From a virus (lineage: Duplodnaviria > Caudoviricetes): 62,945 bases of DNA. The translations under genes were made by a program, and so were the position numbers. The notes under the pieces were generated by a model. It was not told the DNA's origin, ran no database searches, and saw only the letters and a program-made list of their open reading frames with translations. The stretch spans positions 1 through 62,945 of IMG/VR virus record IMGVR_UViG_3300034257_000004; one strand, given 5' to 3'. Shown here piece by piece: positions 37,958-47,740 of this stretch. Position 1 is the stretch's first letter. The number at the start of each line of letters is the position of its first letter.

Positions 37958-40900
37958 CTACTGCTGTGCCGCGGGTAGTCTACCCAGTGTAGCCTCTACT
38001 CCATACGAGTCGTAGCGCTGAGTTATGGTCACCAGCAGGTTTCTGTCTCTGCTGACTAAGGCCTGGAGCATCTGTCCTATCATACCACTCTTTCCGTCGG
38101 TTCCCACCAGACCGTCCCTTAGTGCTAGCGTAGCAGTCATAGCAGCGTCGGCTCGTTGCTCCTGTCCTCTAGTGTACTGAGCCTCCTCCTGAAGTGCTGC
38201 TATACGACCCTTGAGCAAGTCAGGTGTCATCTCTTCTCTAGGCAACGCACCAGTGATAGCCAAGAACTGTCCACGAGTCGCTGCTCTAGCACCTTCGTTG
38301 TCGGGCGCGTTGCCAGAGAGTCTAGCTAGTTCTGACAGTTGAGCTCTGGCCTGTTTGACTGCTCCTCTGCTAACCTCTGCCCTGGCCTTGACGTCTTTGA
38401 CCTCCTCCTCATTCTGTAGTATCTGGTCACGGAGCGCCTCTGCTTTGTATTGCGCGAGCTCTCTTCTCTTAGGGTCTCCGAACCGATCCCCCGGAGTTAT
38501 GCCCGCGGTCTGCTGTAGAACAAACTCGTTGAGCTGCTTGTTTATCTGCCGTCCTAGTGCCGTGTCATTGGACGGCCTGTCACGAGCGATCGAGCGTACG
38601 TACTCGAACTGTTCGCGGTCTCTCTGAAAGACGGACGTCGGGTCGAAACCTCTCTCGTATAACTTGGCCTCTCGCTCTAAGTTTCTGTTCTGGTCACGTG
38701 CCTTAAACTCAGCTTGCCATACGTCTAAGGAACGCTTCATCTCCCCTGTAAGCTCTCGGAACGGCTTAGCTAAGTCTGTCGCCTCGAATTCCAGTGACAC
38801 CGCCCTCATACCGTCAGTGATTCTCTGCTGGTACTTGCTAACAGCCGCTGCTTCTAGGTTCGCCGCCTGCAGCTTAGCTACTACCTCGGGTCCGAACTGC
38901 TTGAACTTCTCCTGGGTACTCTGTAGTGCTGCGTCCGCGTCTAGGGCGAGCTTTACGTACGGGTTGCTCTCTCCTATCAGCTGTAGCTGCGATAGCTCAT
39001 TGAGAGAACCCAGCACCGTGCGACCAAGCTCTTTAATCTTACCATAGGCGTCCTTATACGGTGCGTCCTCTACCTCTCGGTTCTGAACATTCAACGCAGC
39101 ACCACGGTCCTCTAGCTGGAACCGCATGGTCTCTACTGTGTCGGTAGAGAGGTTGGCCTTGTTCTTCTCCAGGTAGTCCCACTGGTCCGCTACGTCTTTG
39201 AACTGAGCCGACAACAATGACAGCTGGCGAGCATTGCTCTCTAGTACGGTCGAGCCTATAGCATCAAAACTCTCGGAGGTACGTTTAGCCGCGATTCTCT
39301 CGTCGTCCATGAACCGCTTCTTAAGGTCTCGCTCAGCCTTCTCTGTGGCCATGCGCTGCTTGGTCTCTGCAATCTTCTTAAGAGCTATCTCTCTGCTGAT
39401 CTTGTCATTAGCTTCTGCCGCAGCCGCTTCCCGCTTGTAGACTTCCTCTGGTCCCTGGAACTTCATCTGATCCCAGAACGCTTGTCCCCACTTAGCTAGT
39501 CCCGAAGATATGGAGTTCCATAGAGACGACGCAGCTGCTTCTACCGTGTTCAGTCTCTGGGCAGCTAGGTTCGCGTAACCAGAGGACTCTTTCATCGCGG
39601 CATTAGTAAGTATCTGAGCCTTCTCCATCTCCGTCAATCTAGACGTGACAGTACCGGCTGCCCTCGCGTAGTCCTCTAGTATTACGTCCCCACGAAGACC
39701 CGTCAGTTCCTTGAAAGCGTCAGCACTTCCTTCGCTCAGTCCCTTAAGTGCCGTAGCTGTAGTGTCTGGTGAGAGACCACGGGCAGTAGCCATCTTGACC
39801 AAGGCTTCACCCTGTCCCGCAGTGAAGGTCTGACCCATGACCAGCCTTAGTTCGCCAAAGGCTAAGGCCACGGCCGCAGCCTCCATCCTGGTAGCTATCA
39901 TGGAACCCAGGAACGTGTCTATATTAGCCTTGGCCTCGGAGTAAGACTGTCCTGTATCTCTGGCAGTAACGTTGAGCTGAGCCTGCTCCTTGTTAGCCGC
40001 GGCAACGAGCTTGACTATTCCAGCTACAGCGAGACCTGCGACCGCTATACCACCTATTGCTCCGGCAGCGGGACCAGCCGCTAACGCCGACTGCAAGGAG
40101 CCAAGACCCGTAGCACCTATGAACGGTCCGGCGAAGCCTAGAGCGCTTGACACACCTGCGAGGTTGCCTTGAGCTCTAGCATATCCCCCTGTACCCCCAG
40201 TGCTCTGACGACCCTTAGGCGGGTTGGCTGCAAGCCTCTGTGCTTGCTGCTCCTTGTTATGGATTCTTATGAGAGCGTCACTTCTCTGCTTCTGTAAAGA
40301 TAGAACAGCAGCGTTGTTCCTTTTCTCTAACGCTAACTCCTCGCCCTTGTGTTTTGTATAATCCTTGCCCATCTGAGCACGGATCTTACTTTCTTGGGCA
40401 TACCCATAGTTCTCTCGTTGCGCCCTATTCTTGGCGTCAGCTTCTTCCGATCTTACTATTTCCTTCTGGAACTTCTTAGCAGCATTCACACGCTGTATAA
40501 GTTGACGCTCGTACTCTGCTCTATCTTGCTTCCATAGTTGATAGAGAGCAGCACTCCTCTGACGTTGTAGACTTATCTCCGCATTCTCTTCCGGACTTTT
40601 CTTCCTCTTCCAAGGATCTTCTTCAGGTGGCTGTGGTCCACCAGGAGGTCTAGGAGGTTTGTCTCCACCACCGCCACCGCCCGTACCTCCACCTCTGCCC
40701 CCTCCACCAGTAGAACTTCCGCCACCTATATGAGGTGTTCTACTACCGCCCGCAACTTTAGCTAAAGGTACACCTGCCTCACTAGCATAGGTGTAGATAC
40801 TGTTCATCGTAGTCTTGGCATCGGGGAACTGAGCCAAGACCAGATTCAAAGTATCACGTGCACCTACACCCTGTCTCAACAAGTCTTTGGCGAATGTACC

Positions 40901-42337
40901 TATGCCATGCTTAGCGGCCGTATCTACCTGAGCTGTGGCCAAGGGTTTAATTACCGTTGCGACAGGAGTAGACTGAACAGTTGATGCAGACTTACGTGCA
41001 GACCCCTTTACAACCGCGGGGGACTGAGGTTTGACCCCATATCTACGCTCGAACTCTTTATCGAACGCAGCACGATTAGCAATAGAAGCTGTGAATGCCT
41101 CTACACCTTCTTCGCTACGACCATACTCCTTAACTTTTACACCAGGGAACTTTGCTAAACGTTCGTATGATCTCTCAGCTTCTATAGAACGAGCACCCCT
41201 GGCACCTGTTGGGTCCTCAGAGTACAGACCCTTCATCTTTCTCTCGTGAGACTCTCTGAGTGCTTCCGCGTAGAAACGCCCCCCGTAGCCTTTACCTTGA
41301 TACTGGGTTTTAGCTCTTACTTCATCTACGCTAAGGTACCTGCCCTTTATACCTTGCTCTCTCATCCACGGTGGTATATGAGCTAGATCTAGTCGACCAG
41401 TTACGGCACTCTCGTTGCCTACCTCCAACGTACGTAACGTGGGTGTTCGTTCTATATACTGGGAAGAGGCTAAACGTGAGTCGTAAGGATAACTAGTCTT
41501 ACCTTTAGGCAGAGTCTTAGGTGGTTTGATCGGTCTAGCCCTTACCTTAGCTACTTGAGTCTCTAGGGCCGCAATACCTTCTATCTCTTCTTGGCTGTAG
41601 CCTTCATTGGTCTGTTTAGCTGCTGCTACCGCTCGTAGAAGTCTCTGATTGTCTGTGGGCCGGTTTATAGACCCCGGACCGGCCAGCTTTATCCCGGCTT
41701 GACTCGCGTACGTGTAGATACCCTTGATAGACGTCTTTGAGTCTGGGAACTGCGACTTGACTGCCGCTAGAGTGTCCGCGGCGCTAGTGCCACCCTTGAG
41801 GAGCTGTGTAGCATAGGCTCCTATACCTTGTCCCGCTCTTACGTTCGCCACCTTAGCCTTGGTGTTAGCATTTACGGCAGACGTCTCTCGCTCGATGGCC
41901 AGGGCGGTCTCCCTGGTTGCCGCGGCTACCCTCTTCTCTTCCGCCAGAGTCTCTCGTACGGCGGCGGACCTCTGAGCTCGGATCTTCTGTACTTTGGGTT
42001 GTGTATCAGGAGTCGGCGTACTAGCTAGTGGTTTGTCCTGTGCTACTACCTTCTGGGTCTTGGCTATCTCCTCGCGGAGTTGACGCTCAGTGACCTTACG
42101 TATCTCAAGGATATTCTTCTGCTTCTGCTCCTCGGTAAGAATCTCCGCATCGGCAGCCTTCTTGGCGAAGGCTACCTTCTGACGGTTTACCTCCTCGATG
42201 TCCTTGAGCGAACGTCTGTCTATAGTCTTGCCGCGAAGAGATACCTCCTTCTCTACCCGGTCAAAAGAAGGCCCGTCCATCTCGGCCATGAACTGTAGGA
42301 ACGCAGTGTTCCCTGCTTCTGTGGGTTCGTCTGGCAT
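37958..42337 (-). CDS. tape measure protein with N-terminal HTH-GNAT-HTH extension
   Basis: Longest ORF, after the chaperones; helical A/E/K-rich with a Gly/Ala hydrophobic segment. Confidence 0.85.
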   Translation of the reverse strand: MPDEPTEAGNTAFLQFMAEMDGPSFDRVEKEVSLRGKTIDRRSLKDIEEVNRQKVAFAKKAADAEILTEEQKQKNILEIRKVTERQLREEIAKTQKVVAQDKPLASTPTPDTQPKVQKIRAQRSAAVRETLAEEKRVAAATRETALAIERETSAVNANTKAKVANVRAGQGIGAYATQLLKGGTSAADTLAAVKSQFPDSKTSIKGIYTYASQAGIKLAGPGSINRPTDNQRLLRAVAAAKQTNEGYSQEEIEGIAALETQVAKVRARPIKPPKTLPKGKTSYPYDSRLASSQYIERTPTLRTLEVGNESAVTGRLDLAHIPPWMREQGIKGRYLSVDEVRAKTQYQGKGYGGRFYAEALRESHERKMKGLYSEDPTGARGARSIEAERSYERLAKFPGVKVKEYGRSEEGVEAFTASIANRAAFDKEFERRYGVKPQSPAVVKGSARKSASTVQSTPVATVIKPLATAQVDTAAKHGIGTFAKDLLRQGVGARDTLNLVLAQFPDAKTTMNSIYTYASEAGVPLAKVAGGSRTPHIGGGSSTGGGGRGGGTGGGGGGDKPPRPPGGPQPPEEDPWKRKKSPEENAEISLQRQRSAALYQLWKQDRAEYERQLIQRVNAAKKFQKEIVRSEEADAKNRAQRENYGYAQESKIRAQMGKDYTKHKGEELALEKRNNAAVLSLQKQRSDALIRIHNKEQQAQRLAANPPKGRQSTGGTGGYARAQGNLAGVSSALGFAGPFIGATGLGSLQSALAAGPAAGAIGGIAVAGLAVAGIVKLVAAANKEQAQLNVTARDTGQSYSEAKANIDTFLGSMIATRMEAAAVALAFGELRLVMGQTFTAGQGEALVKMATARGLSPDTTATALKGLSEGSADAFKELTGLRGDVILEDYARAAGTVTSRLTEMEKAQILTNAAMKESSGYANLAAQRLNTVEAAASSLWNSISSGLAKWGQAFWDQMKFQGPEEVYKREAAAAEANDKISREIALKKIAETKQRMATEKAERDLKKRFMDDERIAAKRTSESFDAIGSTVLESNARQLSLLSAQFKDVADQWDYLEKNKANLSTDTVETMRFQLEDRGAALNVQNREVEDAPYKDAYGKIKELGRTVLGSLNELSQLQLIGESNPYVKLALDADAALQSTQEKFKQFGPEVVAKLQAANLEAAAVSKYQQRITDGMRAVSLEFEATDLAKPFRELTGEMKRSLDVWQAEFKARDQNRNLEREAKLYERGFDPTSVFQRDREQFEYVRSIARDRPSNDTALGRQINKQLNEFVLQQTAGITPGDRFGDPKRRELAQYKAEALRDQILQNEEEVKDVKARAEVSRGAVKQARAQLSELARLSGNAPDNEGARAATRGQFLAITGALPREEMTPDLLKGRIAALQEEAQYTRGQEQRADAAMTATLALRDGLVGTDGKSGMIGQMLQALVSRDRNLLVTITQRYDSYGVEATLGRLPAAQQ

Positions 42338-42338
42338 G

Positions 42339-42770
42339 CTATCTCCTACTGCCTTTGAGTTCAGCCTCTCGTTCCTTCTGTCTAGCCCGTATCAGACTGT
42401 ACTTTTCGGCCCTTAGTATGCTGACTAAGATGCTGACGGTGGTAGGCCACTCAGGACTATGACCCTTGCCGTCTACCCTCGCGTCTATGGACGCTACCGC
42501 TCCTACGTCCTTCATCAACTTAGCCACGGACCATGGCCAAACGTACGTGTCACCTTCTCCGGGTCTTACATAGTTCCTGGATACTGCTAGGTCCGCGACC
42601 TCTCTCTCTACATCTTCTATCAGCTCCGAGTACATCTGGGTCACCAGACAGTCGGGGCAACCGTGAGCCATGTCGGCCTCGGGCCTGGTGCAGGACGAGG
42701 GACACCCGTCATAGGTGCCATCCAACTCCAACAGCTGCTCGTTGTAACAGGTCAGCTTCCAGGCCGTCAC
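42339..42770 (-). CDS. tail assembly chaperone, second ORF (probably reached by +1 frameshift)
   Basis: Directly before the TMP, no RBS, open from the CTT-TGA-C site. Confidence 0.7.
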   Translation of the reverse strand: MTAWKLTCYNEQLLELDGTYDGCPSSCTRPEADMAHGCPDCLVTQMYSELIEDVEREVADLAVSRNYVRPGEGDTYVWPWSVAKLMKDVGAVASIDARVDGKGHSPEWPTTVSILVSILRAEKYSLIRARQKEREAELKGSRR

Positions 42771-42780
42771 ACGGAACAGG

Positions 42781-43242
42781 TCAAAGATAGTCTGGCGACC
42801 GGAGGGAGTACCAGTATTTGTTCATCACGGCTTGGCAGATCATGGCCATGCCCTCAGCCTCATCTTTGTCGTCTCGCATGAGATAGTGTCGTATCACACT
42901 TTCCAGAGACTCTCCGTTGAACTCTGTAGGAAAGTCTGGGAAACCCTCGGGCGGCGTCGTGCTCAGCATGGCGATCATCTGCAGGTTATAGAGATAATAC
43001 TCGGATGGTGTCTGCTCGTCGTCCGGCATCCCCAGGAACTTCTCCTGCATAGCCTGGGCGTCCTTATTCAATTGCACACGCATGTGGAACGTGAACGGGT
43101 TCTCGACGGTCTCGGGATAGAGCGCGGGGAAACCTACCTTGACAGGGAAGGAGTTGCGAGGGATGAATCTCAACACGCTCGGAGGGGTCGCTGTAGCTAG
43201 TGCTTCTTGTTCTGTGTCGTTTTCTTTGCTGGCTGTAGTCAT
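42781..43242 (-). CDS. tail assembly chaperone
   Basis: Position between tail tube and TMP; GAGG RBS at ATG 43242. Confidence 0.7.
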   Translation of the reverse strand: MTTASKENDTEQEALATATPPSVLRFIPRNSFPVKVGFPALYPETVENPFTFHMRVQLNKDAQAMQEKFLGMPDDEQTPSEYYLYNLQMIAMLSTTPPEGFPDFPTEFNGESLESVIRHYLMRDDKDEAEGMAMICQAVMNKYWYSLRSPDYL

Positions 43243-43369
43243 GTTGTGCCTCTTCTGCGCGCAGAAAGCGCGTCTGTGACCGTTCTGTGTGCTTACGTGT
43301 AACCTACTCAGTGTGTACGGCCGAAGAACGTGTACGACGTACACAAACGCTCCGAGTAGACGTTGTGTT

Positions 43370-43519
43370 CTACCAGGAGAAGCTGAGGATGGCCGCGTTG
43401 ACCACCCGCTGCAAAGCTAGTCGGCTCTCCATAGTATCCCAGGTGTGATTTACCAGCCACCGTCTGATTGCACGGTCCACCCGTGCCTGTAATCTTAAGT
43501 GGGTTTTTATGTCCAGCAT
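43370..43519 (-). CDS. small hypothetical protein (49 aa)
   Basis: GAAAGGA RBS; downstream of its own promoter and hairpin. Confidence 0.5.
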   Translation of the reverse strand: MLDIKTHLRLQARVDRAIRRWLVNHTWDTMESRLALQRVVNAAILSFSW

Positions 43520-43649
43520 GACGTGTATCCTTTCTCTAGTACGTAAATAGCAAAACACCCAAGAGGTACCAAGGGAGTTACCCTTGCCACGGACTCTTGG
43601 GTGTTCCGCAAGTAGGCTAAAAGAACCTGACCTGACATCGACCGAGACA

Positions 43650-43678
43650 AATATAGCGCGAAAGACCGAGTTTGTAAA
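43650..43678 (-). promoter_or_regulatory. sigma70-like promoter inside the tail operon
   Basis: TTTACA-N17-TATATT. Confidence 0.65.
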
Positions 43679-43682
43679 CCCC

Positions 43683-44174
43683 TTAATTTTGTACCGGGTA
43701 TACAAGCACCTCCAGCGGATACTCGGTCAGCTGACCGTCGGTGTTTCCTTCCGGTCCCTGAGTAACTAGTTCTAGCTCGTCGTCGGACAGACGGGTCACA
43801 CTGTAATTTGCGACTACACCGGACTTGTTGCCGGGTCTTACCTTGTCGCACGTGATGAACAACCTGCCGACCGGAAAGCCGCCCACGGATGTCGCTATAT
43901 ACCGACCGGTTCCTGAATATGACCAAACGGGCGTCTCTACTAAGTCGCTTCTCAGCACCGAATCTACTGGGGAGTTCTGGTCGGTTTGTGTAAGCAGGAC
44001 ACGATACACCTTCACCGGATCCGTGTGCGGCTCGGGGGGCGGACTGTATGGACCTACCAGCTCTGCCCCCTGTTCGATCAAGCTGACCGCCAACTCGTCC
44101 GACACTATGGCCACACCCGGGAGGTAGGTAAGACCCTCCCGTTGTATAGCCTTCTGTATGTTGACTACCTGCAT
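43683..44174 (-). CDS. hypothetical (virion-associated) protein
   Basis: GAAAGG RBS; VYRVLLTQ...W.Y.GTG.Y. Confidence 0.7.
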   Translation of the reverse strand: MQVVNIQKAIQREGLTYLPGVAIVSDELAVSLIEQGAELVGPYSPPPEPHTDPVKVYRVLLTQTDQNSPVDSVLRSDLVETPVWSYSGTGRYIATSVGGFPVGRLFITCDKVRPGNKSGVVANYSVTRLSDDELELVTQGPEGNTDGQLTEYPLEVLVYPVQN

Positions 44175-44186
44175 ATCGAACCTTTC

Positions 44187-45521
44187 TTAGACCGCTACTT
44201 CAAGGAACGGTGTCGACTGTCCCACGAATGCGGACAACGTGAACGGAGTAGTCGCGTCCCCGGGGATCGTCATGTGCTCGATCTGGAGTTCGACCTTGGA
44301 CCGCTTGGCAGTGCCGTCGTACGTTATAGACGGGTTCTTCAGAGATATGCTGGCCTTCGGAAGATCCCATAGTTGACAGTTGCCGGGACGACCTATCCTC
44401 AGTGACATCGGTACCTCTGCTAGCTGCTCACCTAGCTCGAAGATTGGGTCACCTTCCTCGCCCAGTATGCCGAGGTCAAGTGTCCATACACGAGAGTCCG
44501 CACGCTCCAGTCGATGGACGTCCTCGTCCTGTGCAGAGTAAGCGTCGTCGTCTGTGATAAGACCGTTGTTCACGTTCAACTCGAAGTCCTTCCACAGGTT
44601 AGTAGCAGCATAGTCCACGCCGTCTATGATAAGCCCACAGTCCCTGAACCGTGCCGCCCTGAATATTTCACAAGCCGGAACTACGTAACCGGAAGTCACG
44701 ATGTCTACTTCTCCAGAGCCCACCACACCCATACTTGCAGTGATTCTAGGTTGAGCTGCAGACCCTCTGACTACGAACGAGTCCATGACTACGGACTTGT
44801 ATCGCTTCGGTAGACGGGCAGAGTTCCTGAAGCCTGCCACCAGACCGAACGCGGAAGGCTGGTAACCGGTGAGTCTGGATATAGCGTGCATACGTTGAGC
44901 CGCGGCCGTAGTCGCAGTCTGCGTAACCACACCACCCGTAAGACCGGTGTTGTCGATTGCGAATACCAACGAACCGTTAGCTAGGTTGTTCAACAGTGTC
45001 ACAGTCCAAGTGTTAGGTGGACCAGCCGCCAAGATCACGGTGGTATTGCCACGCCCGACCTGAGACAAGTTCTCAATCGCTCGCTTGAAGTCCGCTGCAG
45101 ATACATTCCACGCGAGCCACGGTGTATACTTGGTGAACGCTCCAACTACTACACCTACTCTCCAGAGACCTGCAGTAACGCCAACTCCTCTGGAGAACGT
45201 GGTCACCTGGTTGGCGGGTGTTCCTGTAGGACTAGCTGCCACTGATAGTAGATAAGCAGCATGGATCGTCATAAGGACAGGATCGGCGTCGTAATCCAAG
45301 GTGAACCTCATGATACGACGCAGGAGGTCCTTAGCTACCAAGTCTTCCTGTCGACAGTCGAGTAGACGGTCTATCTCACGGTCTACGTTCGGATAACTGT
45401 CCGAAGTCATAGGCCATGCAGTGTCGAGCGAATCCTCGGGCATCGGCGTATCGAAGTCCGCCTGTATCTTACCTGTGCCGCTAAAGGCGGCCACTAGCTC
45501 GGCTCTTCTTCTAGTCGCCAT
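44187..45521 (-). CDS. major tail (tube) protein
   Basis: Size and position; FELNVNNGL tube-like motif; beta-rich insertion. Confidence 0.7.
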   Translation of the reverse strand: MATRRRAELVAAFSGTGKIQADFDTPMPEDSLDTAWPMTSDSYPNVDREIDRLLDCRQEDLVAKDLLRRIMRFTLDYDADPVLMTIHAAYLLSVAASPTGTPANQVTTFSRGVGVTAGLWRVGVVVGAFTKYTPWLAWNVSAADFKRAIENLSQVGRGNTTVILAAGPPNTWTVTLLNNLANGSLVFAIDNTGLTGGVVTQTATTAAAQRMHAISRLTGYQPSAFGLVAGFRNSARLPKRYKSVVMDSFVVRGSAAQPRITASMGVVGSGEVDIVTSGYVVPACEIFRAARFRDCGLIIDGVDYAATNLWKDFELNVNNGLITDDDAYSAQDEDVHRLERADSRVWTLDLGILGEEGDPIFELGEQLAEVPMSLRIGRPGNCQLWDLPKASISLKNPSITYDGTAKRSKVELQIEHMTIPGDATTPFTLSAFVGQSTPFLEVAV

Positions 45522-45786
45522 TATGCTTCACTCCCTTCTCTTTGAACGGCACATAGATACCAGGGAACTGCTCCAGCAACAACGAGGTTGCATCCTTCCT
45601 TTCGGTCTCTTTATGCCTGAGCGAGTAGGGTGTGAACCCTTCGCGCTGTGCCTCTACCGACGGCAAGAAGACCTTGAGCCCCATGCCGATATTTATGTGC
45701 CCTTCCGCGGTGGGAGGGTTTTTGTCGTTCGCCAGCTTGACAGACTTCTTGTCGTCCGTCGGCAGGTCTTTCTGCTCAGTGCTCAT
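45511..45786 (-). CDS. hypothetical protein
   Basis: GGAG RBS. Confidence 0.7.
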   Translation of the reverse strand: MSTEQKDLPTDDKKSVKLANDKNPPTAEGHINIGMGLKVFLPSVEAQREGFTPYSLRHKETERKDATSLLLEQFPGIYVPFKEKGVKHNGD

Positions 45787-45806
45787 GGAACTTCCTCCGT
45801 TGATGT

Positions 45807-46367
45807 TCAGCAGACCCTTAGATCTACTGTTAGTGTGCCGTCTAGTACGACGGCTGTTCCGCCCTGGTCGTCTGCCGGCGCGAACCTAGGACGCGACGGC
45901 GATTGGTAAAACCTATGACTCACTAGATCATCGTCAAGCCCCAGTCCTTGATTGTCGGCCAATATACGCTCGAACCTCATGTTCAGGGCGACTATCTCTT
46001 TGTACGTTCCGACCAGCGGTCTGGCCTGGTACCTATCCCTAAAGCCCATACTTATAACGGTCAGGTACCTTAGGCTGAGGAGTTTGGCTGTCCTAACATG
46101 ACCCGCGTACTCTACAGCGAAGTATCTATGAATCCTGTACTCGTCCTTAGGAGTCTGCGGCTGCGGTACGACGTCAGGGTCTAACACCGTGAATACGTCT
46201 TTGTAATCTGCTTCCTCCTCTACGTACCTGGGCTCCAAGTGAATCACGTTGGCAGAGAACAAGTAGGGTTCTGCAATCCCTAAGAAGATGTCAGCTATAG
46301 CCTGTCGTATCGCTAGCTCAGCGAGTTCTTGTCCCTCGGGGGTCTCATACTCTGTCGGTAGTGGCAT
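45807..46367 (-). CDS. putative tail terminator
   Basis: Position before the tube gene. Confidence 0.5.
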   Translation of the reverse strand: MPLPTEYETPEGQELAELAIRQAIADIFLGIAEPYLFSANVIHLEPRYVEEEADYKDVFTVLDPDVVPQPQTPKDEYRIHRYFAVEYAGHVRTAKLLSLRYLTVISMGFRDRYQARPLVGTYKEIVALNMRFERILADNQGLGLDDDLVSHRFYQSPSRPRFAPADDQGGTAVVLDGTLTVDLRVC

Positions 46368-46913
46368 CTACTGACCTCCCGTGTTGCCGTGGTTTATTAT
46401 CAGAGCCGCTTTCCACAATGTGTTCTTAACCCCGGTCCGTATCTCAGCATCCCACTCTTCTCTCGTCGATTTGAACGGACGTCTCAGTCTGTCGTTAGGG
46501 TTGGGCATCCCTCGTCGATGTATAGCCCTGGCGACCAGGAAGCTAGTAGCCTCAAGTCGTTTACTATCGGGATTCCAGTACTCGTAGACCCATGCTGCCA
46601 GCATAGACCCAAAACCATACCTCGGGAATACCTTACCTGCCGGAAGTCCTATGTCGTCTATGGCTCCTTGCACCGTAGTAGGTCTTATCGTAAGACCCGC
46701 TCTCTTAGGAGACCTAGTAACCGTGACCTGTATACCTTCCTGCTCTGCACCAGTGTACCTACGCATCTTGCTCCTGATATCCCGTACAAGCGACGGAGCT
46801 ATGTAGTCAAAGTAGTCTGCCACCTGGTCCGCTACCACGACCATCGTACCGGTAGGTCCTTGGACACTCTGTATGTGCGGTCTTATGGTGAATCCCGCTC
46901 GTAAGTTAGGCAT
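46368..46913 (-). CDS. HK97 gp10-like tail completion protein
   Basis: L.AWV...FLVARAIHRRG...RPF. Confidence 0.6.
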   Translation of the reverse strand: MPNLRAGFTIRPHIQSVQGPTGTMVVVADQVADYFDYIAPSLVRDIRSKMRRYTGAEQEGIQVTVTRSPKRAGLTIRPTTVQGAIDDIGLPAGKVFPRYGFGSMLAAWVYEYWNPDSKRLEATSFLVARAIHRRGMPNPNDRLRRPFKSTREEWDAEIRTGVKNTLWKAALIINHGNTGGQ

Positions 46914-47344
46914 CAGCTGGGCCCCATGAACTTGCTTCTGAACTTAGTCTTGACCACGGTCAGCGTCCACACTCTAGGCTTTCCACCCTCGGGTCTGTTG
47001 GCAACCTCGGTCTCGTACCTATCGCTTAGTGTCTCTATGAAGCCAAGGAAAGGACCACCCTCTACCCTAGCCACTACGTACTGGAAGGCTTTGACAGCAC
47101 CCATGTAATCATCTAACACCTCCCCAAGTGCTGAGTCCTCAGCTATTGTCAATACCTCTTCGTCCGCGTTCTTGGACTTGCTAGACTTTTTCGGACGGCC
47201 TATACTCCAGAAGTGGTCCAGTCTCTTTAGTTCTTGACCGCTCTTATCATAGAGTATCAGGACATTGATAGGTGTGTCGAAGTCGTATGCTAGCAGCCTC
47301 GCTGTGTCGAGCATGGTACCCTGTATGTCCGCGGATAATGCCAT
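46913..47344 (-). CDS. putative head closure protein
   Basis: Position. Confidence 0.5.
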   Translation of the reverse strand: MALSADIQGTMLDTARLLAYDFDTPINVLILYDKSGQELKRLDHFWSIGRPKKSSKSKNADEEVLTIAEDSALGEVLDDYMGAVKAFQYVVARVEGGPFLGFIETLSDRYETEVANRPEGGKPRVWTLTVVKTKFRSKFMGPS

Positions 47345-47347
47345 AGA

Positions 47348-47737
47348 CTACCACCTCACCACTGTCTCTGCTGCTCCACCCTCTGTGCCGAAACCTCCGG
47401 CGAACAGCTTGGGCAGGAAGTCTACCCCGTACAGTACCGCGATTGCGTACTCTATATAGCCCTCCCGATTGTTAAGGGTGTCGAAGTCCCCCTCTTGTGT
47501 CTTACCCTGGGCGTCTACCGGTCCTATCTTGTCGAGCAATACCATCGCCTCGTTAAGTTGCTTCGCGCGAAGCGACGCGTCCACTACCCCGGCTAACCGC
47601 TCTACGAGGTCAGAGAAGTTACCCGAATAGGCCGAGTAGATGCGGGAACCTACCAGGACGGGCAGCCAGAGGCCTCGCTCGTTGTCTGTGAAGGTCCCCG
47701 CATTAAGGGTTATCAGACTGGACTTAGGACTGAGCAC
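47348..47737 (-). CDS. putative head-tail adaptor
   Basis: Position; AGGAG RBS. Confidence 0.5.
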   Translation of the reverse strand: MLSPKSSLITLNAGTFTDNERGLWLPVLVGSRIYSAYSGNFSDLVERLAGVVDASLRAKQLNEAMVLLDKIGPVDAQGKTQEGDFDTLNNREGYIEYAIAVLYGVDFLPKLFAGGFGTEGGAAETVVRW

Positions 47738-47740
47738 GTG

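Noticed and set aside
42781-42830. Canonical -1 XXXYYYZ chaperone frameshift
   Set aside because: No slippery heptamer near the stop, and the downstream ORF is in the +1 frame
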